This document shows, in pieces, positions 12,001 through 26,314 of a stretch of DNA of 64,000 nt (position 1 is its first letter; every line of letters begins with the position of its first letter). The DNA is from Trichoplax sp. H2. Taxonomy: Eukaryota. A program made the position numbers and the translations under genes. The notes under the pieces were generated by a model that saw only the letters and a program-made list of their open reading frames with translations, did not search any database and was not told the origin of the DNA. Location of the stretch: NCBI GenBank assembly GCA_003344405.1, contig NOWV01000281.1, positions 1-64,000 on the forward strand, given 5' to 3'.

Positions 12001-14489
12001 TGTAAATAAGCAGCCAAAGATAAGATACAATCGTGGCATTCAGCACTTGTGATTATCAATGCATAATATGAAAATTGTATAGGAAAAATTATAAGGAAAA
12101 ATTATAAATATTTAATTTACATACAGCACAAAATATTAAGTAAAAGTGCTGAAATCGGAAATTGGGTCGAAAATACTTCGTCTTTAAATCCGCCTTACTC
12201 GTACCAAAAATAATTTAACAAATGAAAATATGATTTCTTGATACTAATCATTGGCATTTTATGCTTTTTGAAAACTCATTTCATCTGATAGCTATCATAA
12301 GATAAAAATAATCAAATAAGACGTAATAATCTTAAATTATGGATATTTCCGATACGTTATGTACAGAACTACTTTGCTCCTACCAAATACGATAACATAT
12401 TGAATATAAAAAATTTTATTACATTATGCTGATTATCACGCTTTAAATTCTTTTTCTTAAATTCATTACCTCTTGAAAGCTAGTAAATTATTTTTGGAGA
12501 AACTATTGCCAAATAGAAATCACAAGACTGGGATAGCTTATTCCTTACAAGTTTCATGAATAGTGTTATGTCTGCAGATAATCTTCAATAACATGGAATT
12601 AATACTTCATCATCGAGAAGCTAAGCGAAACTTTGCTTACTTATTAGTAAAATATACAACGATGTTGGCTAATAACATATAGGAAAAAAGCATTACAATT
12701 TTAAGTTAAAGAATTGGTCAGCACGAATATTAAGGCGTACAGGCCTAATCGTCAGCAAAATTTTCATTTGTAAGATTGTTCGAAAGTTTCTTAATTTAAG
12801 AATTAATAGTGATCAGCTATAGTAGATAAAGAGGGTCCTGGTTGAGAACGATTTGTAGACCTGCTTCATGCAGATACAATTAATGACGAAATAAAAAACA
12901 CCTAGTGATAATAGATGGGAATAATGATGAAAGTGATTAAAATAGTTAATTTCGATACTAGACCTGTATAGCACGATAAGTTTATTGATTTCCTGTCAAC
13001 GACTTCCAACCGGTAGAAATAGGCTAGATTGATTATTATTTATTAAATAAACGTGTGGGTAGCTCTAGCTAAACAAGTGCTTCAGCTATTATACGGGAAA
13101 GAGGAGTTAAAATCGGCACGTATGCACCGATGAATAAGTAAAATAACAAAAAATGAATAGAATGTCAACAATATTATGATAGAATCCCCTATATCCTAAA
13201 GCGTGAAACTGTTGCCAATATCGATATCCTTATTGTGGTTATTGTCGTTCAATCTTGACGTTTCGACGATTCTCTTAAAATTTAATCCGATTGAAGATGA
13301 ACAATAGAGAATAGTGCGCTTGTATTTTCCATTTATTTAGGTTATGGTACAGTAAAAATAGACAATAACTAATTTTTAGACACAAGGCGATGAACTAAGA
13401 TTAAAAGTCATAATACGCAGCATTTTATTCATGATTGGGGTATCAGTTTTGAGATGCATGACATTATATATTTATCAATTATTGAACTTATACATAGACT
13501 AAAATAGAAGAAAAGTATTCTTCCTATTATTTTATTATTTCTCATCTTCACTACTCCATATCCTAATAAATAAAATAAATGAATCAAATTGATAGAAACT
13601 ATCCTATAGTGACTATTGCTGATACACTCCATGATGAGTTTCCTAATCAGTTATAATGACTAAGTAAAGGTGTTATAGAACTGGTATTCCAATTTAAGTC
13701 TGATTAGTTGCTTTTTCTTTAATTTAGGGTAATCGTCGTCTGAAAATAACGACACCTCAAGTAAATCAAAGTTTACTATTTTAATCCCTTAGACACTCTA
13801 TCCTATAGCTCAATCCTCTCTGTTTTGATCCTACCAATCAACAACGCCCGTCTATTCTATGCTTACACCGAGGAACTCTTACAACCTTTATTTGATAGCA
13901 AGCATGATCAATCCTATAGTTGTCTATACCAAGCACTGGTTAAAGCCAATTTACATCATCCAGCTGATTTGACTGCATTTTCCCCCTATAAAAATAATCA
14001 ACACGATAAAGAATACACAACAAAACCTAGGATAACTGACAGGGATCGGTAATATTTTTCCTTCATTTCAATTCCACCAAATCATCTGCTATAGAAAACA
14101 TGATATCACTGCATTATTCCAGTTGATACTACCCATTTCTCCATCGAAAGTAAAAAACAGGCCTTATCCATTATTTTGAAATTAGATAGTTCCTCATTTC
14201 TGATAATATCATTTTGGCTGTAAAGGACAATTCGATTCTATCAGAGCTAGACACACATGATATACTCGTAAACAACTTTCCGCGATAATATTATCAAGAC
14301 AGATAAATAAGCCAAACCAGACACAGACAATAGATGGAGGATAAGGCAAGACAACTTCAAGATGGATATTATTTTTTAATCAATATTAAAAAATATCTAT
14401 TTCTACGGCTTAAGAAATGATTCAAGTCAGATTGAATAATAACAAAAACATCCAAATACATGTCTGAAAATTATGCACGAGAATCAAAA

Positions 14490-14798
14490 CAACGTCCACA
14501 CCCCCTAATACTTTCTGCTTCCATCAGCCAATCGTCGGGCTGCGATGAAGACCATGTGATCCAAAGGCGGTCTTTCCAATTAGATAAACTATCCTTGGCG
14601 TAGTTACTTCCTTATTGACTACAATATGATATAAGTCATCGTTTCCAACTTTCATCATCCAATCTTACTCATTGCTTTTGTCGTTTGATTTGGTTTGAAA
14701 ATCGATCGTAGTCATTGCTGTATATGTTCCATATCGTTCATCGTTTCTTGCTTCTACTTTCCAATTGATTTGAATCATTTTTGCCATCTAATTTACCG
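14490..14798 (+). promoter_or_regulatory. Probable promoter and non-coding first exon of ETS gene 1
   Basis: Locally GC-richer stretch with a CACCC box (~14499), agccaatc CCAAT box (~14526) and ETS-type site (14602-14613), ending at a strong donor G|GTAAGT after 14798. Matching acceptor ttctacag ends at 16186. Confidence 0.5.
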
Positions 14799-16221
14799 GT
14801 AAGTTCTCTATCTAGATAAATAAACTCCAATTTCATGAAATAAATGCAATCCATTTAAATCCTTAATTCCTTATCACTCTTATTCCTTCAACCATTCCTC
14901 TTTATTAAGGATCAATATTCATTGACTTGCAGTTCCTTTTTTTTTCATATCCAATCGATCAATATAGTTGACGAGTGCACTAGCAAATGGATCCGATTAT
15001 GTAGCTATTCCATAGCAATATTGTTTTATTTCTTAGTCATTTACAGCTTTCCTGTTTTGACATGGATATTTCAGTTCCTTGTTCCATCTTGTATAAACTA
15101 GATTATAGTTTTATTCTTGTAGTCTTTGATAAAATAGGGTAAATAAGAGGCAGTAAGTTAACGATCCATTAAATTTTGATGATCACGATTACTTTGCCAT
15201 AGTTTGCTTTGCAAAAGATCCAGTAGAATTGAGGATCTTTGTGGATAATTTACCTTATCCATAGTTTCAATCGATTCCGTTTTTTTTAATTTCTATCAAG
15301 CTAATGTGCTGATTGCTGTAATTAATTTAAGGCAGGAAGATGCCCTGTCGAGCTAATTAATAGGCTGGGTGATAGCTATGATGAATCATTACCCATCACA
15401 TCGACTCGGATAGACAGTTATGTTATGGCTACATTTTATACGGTACCTTTCAAAGTAATCTACAACGCACTATCTCAGTTACAGCATATTTTTCCAGTAT
15501 ATTTTTGTAGAAAAGATGGTTTAATACTGATATTGCAATTGAACTTCGGCGGACTTTAATGTCCACGTGGACGATAATTGAACTGGGTAACCAACCTGGG
15601 ATTGGTGATATCAATTCTCACTTTTTTCTTGCATTCTTTAAGCAACGTGCATTCACTATTAACTTGCAAACTTTTATAAAAAATGTGGTTCATCTCATGA
15701 CCTAAACAACTATATCAACTTCTATGTTGCTACGTAGTACTCATCTCCATGTCAAATTAAATAATTCATTGTATACAATATATCTTAAGTTGAACTTCAA
15801 GATTAACGAATACTAAGGCAAGCTGCTTTAATCAAGTTATTTCGTCTGCATGGCTAGCTAAATGATGATTAGTTTTCCTAATATAGGAATGAATCAACAT
15901 GTGCCACTACTGTTGAGTAACTGCATTGGTGAAATAGCAAACAGCTAGTAATTTTTATCTGTTATCCAAAATCAATTAATCGTTATATGTGGAAAGAACA
16001 ATAATCTTGATATGGCAGTAGATGCGATTCGTTTATGAGATAGCTATTCCTAATTTACTAAGAAATAATTCTCTACCAAAATGAATTTTATGATTTCCTA
16101 TATTACATACTAGTTGAAGAAATGATTATTTTCATTCACGATCTTAAACTTTGCTTTACTTAAACTATTTTAGGATATTTCTACAGGTCTAAAAACATAA
16201 GCTATATTGAAGGCAAAAAGA

Positions 16222-19200
16222 ATGGATGTCATTTATTCTTATGATACTTATAACCAGTGCATCCCCGAGGTAACTTGATGATTTTTAGAATAATTTTTAT
16301 GGTTTATTTCAACTACTTCAAGCATAAAATTACCAATTAGCTCTTTTATTTCACGTAGTAGTATGCTGAAACTTCCTAATACGCATATGTTTATCATCAC
16401 GTAATTATGAGCATTCCATAATCGGAACTACTGAATGAATCCTTTCTTTAAGTTACTTCCTTAACTTATTCAAACTATTGTTGTATTCTAGCAATACAGA
16501 CACCGGCTATAAATAGAATCGTTTAAATTAATACTACCATGAATTCTCTACACCAATGGCATAAACATGACGAAGAATTAATACAGTAGAATAGTAAGTC
16601 GTAATATTGCACAAATACTATAAATTAATTACGAAGTCTTAGACTAACAACCACGACGGCATAAACTGTAGCCAATAAAAATTTCTAGATCGTAAGAGTA
16701 AGAATGTTACATTAGATTCAGAATTTAACCTAGTAATATTCAACTAATATCCATCTCATCTAATGTAATTAGAACGTTAACGCGTAATTAAATCAGATAA
16801 GTAAAATCATTCCATTCCAAACGATATTTCGCAATGCATGACGGCTTGTTTAAAACTTGATCTTTATCGTTCTAATATTAGGATTGCTCTTTATTAATTA
16901 CGGTAATGATCCTAATTAGAATTTTAAAAATCTAACAGTGAAAACCTTGACTCATTAATTTACTTCTCTGTTCTTTTGCAACCTAACTCTACCGCGATAA
17001 TTTTAATTTTTAGCATCAACAACATATTCAATATCACGCAAATCGTCCCTATGATGTCATGCCGCAGCAAAACGTGGTAAATCACGATGAATCTGGTGAT
17101 TTACTTCTGGAAGCATTCTTTGACCAATATGATGGTAAGTTACTACAGATTTCTTCTTATTACCTAATTAATTTTTAGCTTGGCTCTATTTTTTAAATAA
17201 TATTATAAAATGTGCTTTGCTTCATGTCCCATGAGAATTTTATTACACTAATGACGGCATTGCATGACCTCATTCTTAGTCATCATATTCCTTTCCTATT
17301 TAACTTCTAATCAAAAATTTATAATGTTGCATTTATTATCTGGCCATTGCAATAGGCATGGCAACATCGCTGCATGAGGCACTAAAAGTATTTTGTATTT
17401 TGGAGTATTTTAAATTATTTTACCACAAACATAAATTAGAAAGTAACTTAGTTTGTCAATAATCTGTAACGCATCTAAAATAAAGTCTTAATTAGCATGG
17501 TAAAAAGACGAAATTCTAATTTGTGACGATGCACATATATACGCATTCATTTTAGAAAGCTTTTTTAAAATCAATTTCTAACCATTAGTTATGAGATAAT
17601 AGTCTCTGGGATAGCTGTTGCAGAGAAATTTTAACACTTTCAGGTTATCAAATAAGTTAACTTTGCCCTAATAGATATCCTTATACATTATTAGAGCATA
17701 GTTCTATTACCAAATTGTGCGACGAAAGCAAGTGCCAGTGGCAACGATTTGGTTTAAAATTTTCTGTTTACTATAAATGATAGTCTACCATTCCATTCAT
17801 CTCTATATAAATGCAAAACTTTAGTAAAACAAATAGATAAAAGGCAGAACTGAGATAATTCTTCTGCAGATAATGTATTAATTAGTATCCTCTAAACTGA
17901 ACAGACTATAAACATGATTACTTCTAATATTAAAAACTGTTTTATCCATTTTATAATAATTTTCAGCCACTATAAAAGCTACAAAGTTGTATTTCAATTC
18001 TGTAAAATGAATGAAAATGAGACTAGAAGAATCGTTTTATTTCGACTTATATAAGCTACATTTACTTCCCTACTAGTTTATTGCAACTGAACCGTTGCGT
18101 TTTTTGTCAAATAATAATTAACCCAGAACACTCGATATTTATTCTAATTTTAGTCTCTGATTCTATTTCAGCTCAATACCCGCAGTCTCCTGAAGATCAT
18201 TATAATGTTTTACCAACTTCGGGGAGTGAAATGATGACTGAGCAATACCAAGTTGGAAATCAACCGATCGATTATGAAGATAAAAGATCACAACGTAAGA
18301 TTCAAACTTACATTCGACAACATATAACATATAGACAAATAGAACGACATCGACATTTTCTCGATGTTCTCATCAGTAATGCTATCTCAGGAGATTTAAT
18401 TCATCCACCTACCTGTATTAATTGTAGAGAATCCAGTGCCAATGGTGCAGCAACATTATAACGCACCTTCTTATGATCCACAAGTGATGATCAATCAGCA
18501 GGCTGTGCCTCGAATTCGCTATGGTAAATATCCATCTCATGATGCATATCCAGCAAGTCCAGTCAGCTATCGTGAAAACTCACCATCTTCCGATACAGGT
18601 GGTTATAATGCTGTATCAAATTATAACCATCCAACAATAAAATCGCAATGGATGCCTGGTAATAATTTTAGTCCATCACAGGAAATGTCCAATGTCTGTA
18701 ATTATCCACCCATTCCAAGTTGTGGTAATGAATCTGTGAAGACAATCGGTAAGTTTAAATTTATTATATTTTCACAACTCATGAAAGGCCAAACATCACA
18801 TCCTCAATCTTATCATCGATCACATTAATGTATATAGAAGGAATTTCAGTTTCTTCATTCAACTAACTCAGTCTATTCATGATATCTATATATACTCATA
18901 GCTTGTGATTTATCCAAAAAGCGATTGACCAAACGGACTTTCACTAGAGGTAAACTGATTCGAAAATCAAGCTATCATTGCAAGCGTCGGACTGGTGGAA
19001 AAGGTAAGATATAATGGATATGAACAACGCAATTGCTTTTTCACTCAATTTAAATCACTCATATCGAGCGATCATCGAAATGATATCATACGAGTAACTT
19101 AATGTAGAACATCAATCTACTTGATCCTCCAATCTATTTTTTAATAATGATTAATTTACTGTATATATATAAATTTTAATTGCATAAATGAAATATAGAC

Positions 19201-20340
19201 TTTTTATTATTCAAAGAATCAAAATACACTAGTCATTAATTGATAGCGGTAAGTTCTAAATTTGACCTAGGATAGTATTATAGTCGATCCTTTACTATGT
19301 TGTCAAATCATCATTGTTTTTAGACCACATTTTTAAAATCATGAAGAATTAGATCTCACTTGAAGCTATCCAAGCCACCTCATAAATATTATTAGAAAAT
19401 CTATTTTATTTACAAATACTGGATCGTAGTTACTCCACGATTTTGCATGATTAATAGGCTGTTCAAGATATAGCAGAAACCTCATTAGAAGACACTTTAT
19501 TTATATTTTTTAAGAACTGCGAAGGAATCAGACTTGATTCAAAAACTGTCCAAGCTGCATTGCAATTAATTCCATTAAAAAATGTACTGTACTTTATTCT
19601 CACATGTCGATTCACAGTCATTTGTATTTAGAGAATTAGATTTATTATAAGGCTGTCCAAGATATAGCAAAGATTTAATTATAGATACTTTATCCGTATT
19701 ATTTTAAGAATCCCGAAGAACTAGGCTATGTAAGCGTATAACACTCCTTGATATCCAAGTAAAAGAAAATTGACAACTTTACTGTCAAAACTCTTCAAAT
19801 TTTAGTCTAATAATTAATAGAGATCATGGCAACATATAACTTTCACTCGTTATTGGCCAAACCATGAAATTTTTCGTAGATATTTATTGAAATTGATAGC
19901 TAGATATGGAAATAAAGATTAACTGTTATTTTCCCTGAAAATGAAGTCACTCTTATTTTCCATTCAAGCCATCAATTCTATCATTTCTCTAAATTTTCTG
20001 TTCTAATTTTTAATCTATAGGGAAGCCTGGATCACGCTCGAAAATCCTATGGAAATTTCTACTGAAAATGCTGCTTTCTGGTGAACATGACAGCCAAATT
20101 ATGTGGTTAGAGAAAAAGAAAGGCACCTTTAAATTTATCAACTCGAGTGCAGTCGCTTCCCTTTGGGGAAAACATAAAAACAAGCCCAACATGACCTATG
20201 AAACATTAAGTCGATCGATTCGCTTTTACTATAAAAGCCAAATACTACGCAAAGTTCCTAAGCAACGATTGGTATACCAATTTGTTAACATGGAGGCGGT
20301 CAAAGCTTTCATCGAGGAATTTTGCTTGAAAAGAATTTGA
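16222..20340 (+). CDS. ETS transcription factor, ELF/E74-like (350 aa, 6 coding exons)
   Basis: Exons 16222-16269, 17014-17134, 18154-18294, 18428-18748, 18902-19003 and 20021-20340, all GT-AG and phase-consistent (1053 nt). Last exon encodes LWKFLLKMLL...IMWLEKKKGTFKFINSSAVASLWGKHKNKPNMTYETLSRSIRFYYKSQILRKVPKQRLVYQF; LWGKHKNKP, YET and QRLVYQF are ELF-subfamily traits. Confidence 0.9.
19457..19720. repeat. Diverged intronic direct duplication (~70 bp shared, ~193 bp apart)
   Basis: aggctgttcaagatatagca...taagaactgcgaag versus aggctgtccaagatatagca...taagaatcccgaag. Confidence 0.6.
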
Positions 20341-20973
20341 TTCATGTCAAATACTTTTCTTCTTTACGAGACATTCCCGTCGAGTGTTCTCTTCATTTTA
20401 GGGTTTCTTTACCCTTTATTGCTTTTCAAGCCTTCAGTGAAGGCAACCGTTGCCAATTAAGTTGGCTCTACTTTGATGGCACTTTTCGTGTCTTTTGCTT
20501 CATGTCCTATCAAGGTCAAATTGATATTTAACCATCATTCAATGACCGATAGAATGGCGGAAGCATTTATCATTAGTGTAATTAATTCATGATCAGGTAT
20601 CCCTAGTTTTGTTGTAATCACCTAAGGTAGAACTTGATCAAATCATGAAATAATACTATGCAGTTATTAGTGTAGTTATCCTTTCAAGGCTATGGTTGGT
20701 CTAATATTTTATTTAGATGTAGGTCTGACTAAAGTTAAGTCATTTACAACCATCATCTAACTTAGAATTTGGTTTATTCGTTTAATTATACGTATAAGAC
20801 GATTAATGTAGTCGTTACCTAAAAATGAAATAGTAGAGGTAATCCTTCGTTCAGAAATAGACATCGATAATAAAAGTCTTTTATGCTTGTTATTTTACAC
20901 CATTTTAAGTAACAAAATACGACATCAATGCCAATTCTTCTTTATTGTATTTATCAATGCAATAATATTTTAC

Positions 20974-21335
20974 TTAAACTGTAATATTAAAATTGGTTTA
21001 GTTTACAACGTGAAATAATCTATCTATATGGCTTTAATATTACAATACAGTAAGCAAATAGCAACATAAGTAATTGCAATTTTTAAAGCTCATATTCTGA
21101 CGGTTGATATTATAACCAAAACGTTACCACAATTTTTAGTTAAAGCATAATATTAAAATTGGCTTAGTTTAGAACGTGAAGTATTCTATCGATATGGTTT
21201 TAATGATACAATAAGCGAATAGCAACATAAGTAGATGCAATTTTTAACAGCTCATATTCTGACGGTTGATATTGTAGCCAAACTGCTATGACAATTTTCA
21301 GTTAAAGTGTAAAATTAATATCGGTTTAGACTACA
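20974..21335. repeat. ~165-bp tandem repeat, ~2.2 copies
   Basis: taatattaaaattgg.ttagttta...gcaacataagta...gctcatattctgacggttgatatt occurs twice; a third start lies near 21302. Confidence 0.85.
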
Positions 21336-22179
21336 CGATAAAATTTCGATTTCAGGATTTAAGGTAATGCTTGTGTCTGTATAATATTAAAAACTTTGAT
21401 AGTCAATGCAGCATAAGCTAAATTTTAAATATTATTGTCACCATTACTAAGACATATTACTTCAAGTTGGATATTGAAATGGCTATGGTAGAAGTAAAAT
21501 TTCTTTCTTTTTGGTCTTGATCTCGAGAATAACGAATAAAAAACATTGAAATATTAAAATGATGATATTTATTATCATTTAGCCAAAGTGCTCTAATAAT
21601 ATGATGGATTCGCTATAAAGTGAAGTGTTTAGCTTTTCAATTTGATTTTCTAGCAAACAGATTAGAGTTAAGAGTCAAATTGAAAATCGTCAATCACAAC
21701 TGCCATGAGTTTTCAGTTCGATATTTTACTGAAAACTAAGCAATCTCTACTTCAGTAGCTGATTCTGATAGAAATTTTATCTGAAATCATTAACTCTTCG
21801 ATAGACTGCAACTTTAAGGATTGTATTCCTATATCAATCAAGTTCTACTATTCAGTAACTGTAATTTATTCATGTATAGGAAATACTCTAAGCAGTATTA
21901 AAATATATTTTTACTAGAGTTAATGACTGCAAAGTGTTCAATTCACTGGCTGTGTTCATTTTCTCCAACATTCCATATGGTGTTCAGCCATCTATTTGTG
22001 TAAAGCATTAAAGTCTAGGCGAAAGCAACATTCAATCTAGCACAAATCACTGTTCTTCGTTTTTTAACGAGTTATATTTAAATGTTCCTTATCATTCGAT
22101 TTTATGATGGAACTTTGTTAACAGATATCTCAACATGAACATAAGTCAATTTTGCGCTCTGCAACTCTTGTAATATTCA

Positions 22180-23352
22180 ATTAAAACCAAAGATATCTTA
22201 CTGAACTGATTAAAAGGAGAAAAATTTATTTATCGACATCGTTTCTGGACTAATAATCAGAGTCAAATCTGTTCTTAATGAAGATAAATTAATTTTGCGC
22301 TCCTTTACCCTGCTATGTTCAGTCATTAATCTAGCGTTGAAATATTTCAAACATTTCAGAAATAATGCTACCCTTAAATTTATGATATCTTGCAGAAATG
22401 ATTAAAATAAGAAAATTTTCTTGCTAATATCCTTTTCTATAATGGTAATTAGAATTACTCTGTACAAATCCGTTACATAATTGTCTAATCGTTAGTCATT
22501 CGTATTTCTAGCATCTTCAGCATCTTAATAACAATATTGAGCCTAAACTGTAGATGTCTTATAGAAATGATTTAAAGAGAGAAAAACTGATTCATCTGCA
22601 TCATTTTTCGAGCTTGTGGTTAGAGTTAATCTGTTCTAAAGAAGAGAAGACAATTCCGTACTCCTCTACCCTTACAATATTTAATTTCTGTAAACTAAAG
22701 ATATCTTGCTAAAACGATTTAAAAAGAGAAAAGATTCAAGAAAATAAATCAATCCCACGTTTTTCTACTCTGTCGCTGTTAAAGACTAGTCTACCAGCCT
22801 GCAACATTGCAAACCCTACCCATAAACTTAGGATTCGTATTTTGCAGATATAACTTTTAATCAGGGAAATCTACTAATCCCAATTTTTGCCATTAACGGG
22901 TACAAATCCATTTCATATGGATTTCTTTACCCTTATAAACGTTAGTCTCTAGTCTTTTGGTATCCTCAGTAATCAATGGCAAATTATTCTTTAACGGTAC
23001 ATCTTGTACAAAAATGGCTTTAAACAGGAAAAAATTACTGGTCCGAAATCCCTAATGTAAAAGTATAGATTCGTTTTATCCTGCTTTATTTTTGCAATCT
23101 ACAAGCACTAATCTTTCTAGTATTCTCAGCATCTCTAATGGCAATACTATCCTTGAATTGTAGGTATCTTACAAAAATGAGTTTAAACAAGAAAAAAAAT
23201 GGATGGTCCAAAATTATTTGCATTAAAGGGTTCAAATCCATTTAATCTTTTTCTACTCTTGTAATCGTTAGTCATTAGTTCTTTTAGCATCTTTAGTATG
23301 TCAATAGCGGCATTACCTCTCAACTTTAGGTATCTTATAGAAATGACTTAAT
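22180..23352. repeat. Decayed tandem array, ~150-190-bp units, ~7 copies
   Basis: Variants of gatatcttgcagaaatgatttaaa.agagaaaa near 22192, 22384, 22553, 22700, 22997, 23163 and 23329. Confidence 0.65.
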
Positions 23353-24220
23353 CATGCGATCATGCCTTGCTTATTTACTTATACTAAAACCAGCAACTTT
23401 CATTAACAGCAAGGAGAAACTGTTGCATACAGCTGCAATTTAATCATGCTGCTTGCCAGTTTAAATTGGTCAGTAGCTTGTGTCTACTGGCATTACATCA
23501 GTATTAATAACGCTTACAGAAATTAGGTTGATTGACTTATGATAATTTATAATTTGGTAGAACGAAGAAAGAAAGTTCTATCAAGATTACTGATTCTACT
23601 GTACAGCCTAATAAGGGATCCAGGAGAAAAATTATAGTAATGTTGTTAGCGCCTAAATATTGCATGATAATCACCAATTCGTTAAGACAGCAAAGAATCG
23701 ATTAGGCTGATGAGCGCTAGGTAGTGGTTTTAAAATATTGCAGATCTTCACTAGATCAATTAGCGTCTTCTGATAGTGATAAAAATGATTCTGCAATTCG
23801 AGCTATGTCCCACTTTTACCACACCTTGGAGGAGGTACTTTAATTAATTGGGAATTCAATTATTTAGTAGTCAGTAATTAATTCATGTAAGCATCCTTTT
23901 GGGTGATTTAATAATACTTCGATGGATATTTATGCAGCATAAGCAAAAAATTTAGATTGCCAGCGATATGGAAAGAAATAAGTGATATTATCTGCCTTTA
24001 TTAAATTAAAGATTGCTAATTTTATGATACTGGCAAATGTCGAAGACTAGAATAAATTGACAGGAGAGGAGATTGATTTTTTTAGTTATTGCTATTTAAT
24101 AGAAAAATTTTCCGACCGCAACTGTTCAATTCTCACGCAGTATGGGAACTTATACTGTAACGCTTCTAACCCCAAATTATTGCTGTAGAAAAGTAAATCG
24201 GTTGGCGATAATATATCTCT

Positions 24221-24644
24221 TTTCGTCGATTAATGTATAAAAGCTTTCCATACTTTATTTTGTCGGTTAAAGTATAAAAGCTTTCCCATACTTTCTTTTG
24301 CTGATTAAAGCATAAAAGCTTTCCCATGCATCGTTTTATCGATTAAAGTATAAAAGCTTTCTCATGCATCGTTTTGCCGATTAAAGTATAAAAGCTTTCC
24401 CCTACTTTGTTTTGCCGATTAAAGTATAAAAGCTTTCCCATGCTTCCTATCGCCGATTAAAAATAAAAGCTTCCCCATGCTTCGTTTCGCCGGTTGCAGT
24501 ACCAAAGCTTTCCCATACCTTGTTTCGCCGATTAAAATATAAAAGCTTCCCCATGCTTCGTTTCGCCGGTAGCAGTATCAAAGCTTTCCCATACCTTGTT
24601 TCGCCGATTAAAATATAAAAGCTTCTCCATACTCCGTCACGCCA
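24221..24644. repeat. 38-bp minisatellite, 11 copies
   Basis: Approximate consensus gccgattaaagtataaaagctttcccatgcttcgtttt; gccga at 24376 and 24414 gives a period of 38; each unit contains AAGCTT. Confidence 0.95.
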
Positions 24645-26245
24645 GGAAAGAAAAGATTTTCCGGTGATGTCAAAGTTAAAACAATTGTCATTTTATTCTT
24701 ATATAGAATTCTTTAATTACTTCTACTAACGATCTTTTTAAATCCTGATGAAAATACTACTTGTGTTTCTACATGATACACCTATGACCGCCCTTGGCAA
24801 ACGAGAAAAACAGTAGACGATCAGTGCTCTTCATTTTTGAAAAAAGCAGCTTTACAAGGCTAGAAAATCGATTACCATAACTGCCTTATTATTTGAAAAG
24901 AGAGAAAATAAAATGAGTTTAAATTTTATTTTGTAGAGGTTGCTTAAGTTCTTATCCATGTTATGACTATTCTCGCTATCTCTGACATTATATGAAGATT
25001 TGTCATGGCTAAGCGAAAATAACAGACGGCAAAGATCTTTCTGTAGTAGTTTAAATTGATAGCTTCATAGTAATGGCCATGTTTCAATCTAGGGTAGCTA
25101 TGATCAATTTATTTTATATCAAGAAGGTTGCGAACTCATGCAATTGTTGATATATTGTATCTTGGAAGACACCTTCTACTATCTCTTGCAGTAAATATTA
25201 ACATTCCTATAGCCTTTTAATTGCTTTATGGTGGAATATTGCAAATTTCACAGCATTTAAGCCATCATTAATACATCCAGGATTACAGTCCTGTCAGCTC
25301 TTGTAAATTGCTGATTATACAGTATAATTCAATGTAGAACTCAATGCTATCTAAAAAGGCTGAAGATTAAATCTAAATCTAAGTAGCAATATTCACCCTG
25401 ATAATATAGTTTTAACACCTCATAGACAGCAATAATATTGGCTGTAGTAACAACCATTTTATACCTTTTCATCCCAAAGTGAACTTGAAATTCAAAACAT
25501 GCATCTAAACCTCAGAAATTTAAGAAATAGCACTAGAGTTTTTGATAACCTACAGATGCAATCTGCTTTCCATAGTATTGTATGAGATGACCTTTATAAA
25601 ATGACTAGCTACAAAAACCGATTTGGACTGGAAGGTGATAGCTATTGAGTTAATACTAGAAAAAGGTGTCTGGTCTACGTATTCTGTTCGAGTAAAATTG
25701 CTTTATAACACTTAATAATAATCCCCTAGCATAAGTTATATTGAATTATTACGAAAGGTAAAATAAATTTTCCTTTAATTTCCTTTATCCATGAATCGTT
25801 ATGCACGTACTTTCATCATTCTAATACGGATAAAGTGGATCAAAGAGTTAAAATTTTTCGATAGTTTGGGTACCATGAAGGAGGTAATCAACACTTTTAA
25901 TGAGCTAGATGACTTGGAGATACTAATCAGAATTGGATATATACTGCTGTATTCATGATGGTCATCAGAAATAAAAATGGAGGTATGACAAGAATAAAGT
26001 CATGAGGGGATTTTTTTTGTAACTTACTCATTGCGTTGCTGTATCCTTCCTTGAACATTTTCTACACCATTTCATCAACGTGCCAAACTACCAGTAGTAG
26101 AACCTGAATTAAAACTATGATCTTCGATTATGTGGCACTGAAGGACTTGCCCATTTCATAGCATGTAATCACGACGCCATTGCTCTATTTCCCACTGAGG
26201 GATAACTTTAATCGAGTCATGATAAAATATCTTAAAGCTGTAGAC

Positions 26246-26314
26246 TTATGCGACGACATGGACTACTAAAAAGACTGAGAAAAGACCTTTTTGAGTAGTC
26301 CATGGTTGCGATAA
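26246..26314. repeat. Short inverted repeat / hairpin
   Basis: catggactact-aaaaag (from 26257) pairs with cttttt-g-agtagtccatg (to 26304); the stem extends through ttat-gcgac / gttgc-g-ataa. Confidence 0.8.

Noticed and set aside
24221..24644. CRISPR-like appearance of the 38-bp array
   Set aside because: No unique spacers, units are contiguous variants of one sequence, the context is eukaryotic and no cas genes are present.
26028..26103. Minus-strand segment bounded by a good acceptor and donor
   Set aside because: Stops in all three frames and no partner exons found; cannot support a gene.
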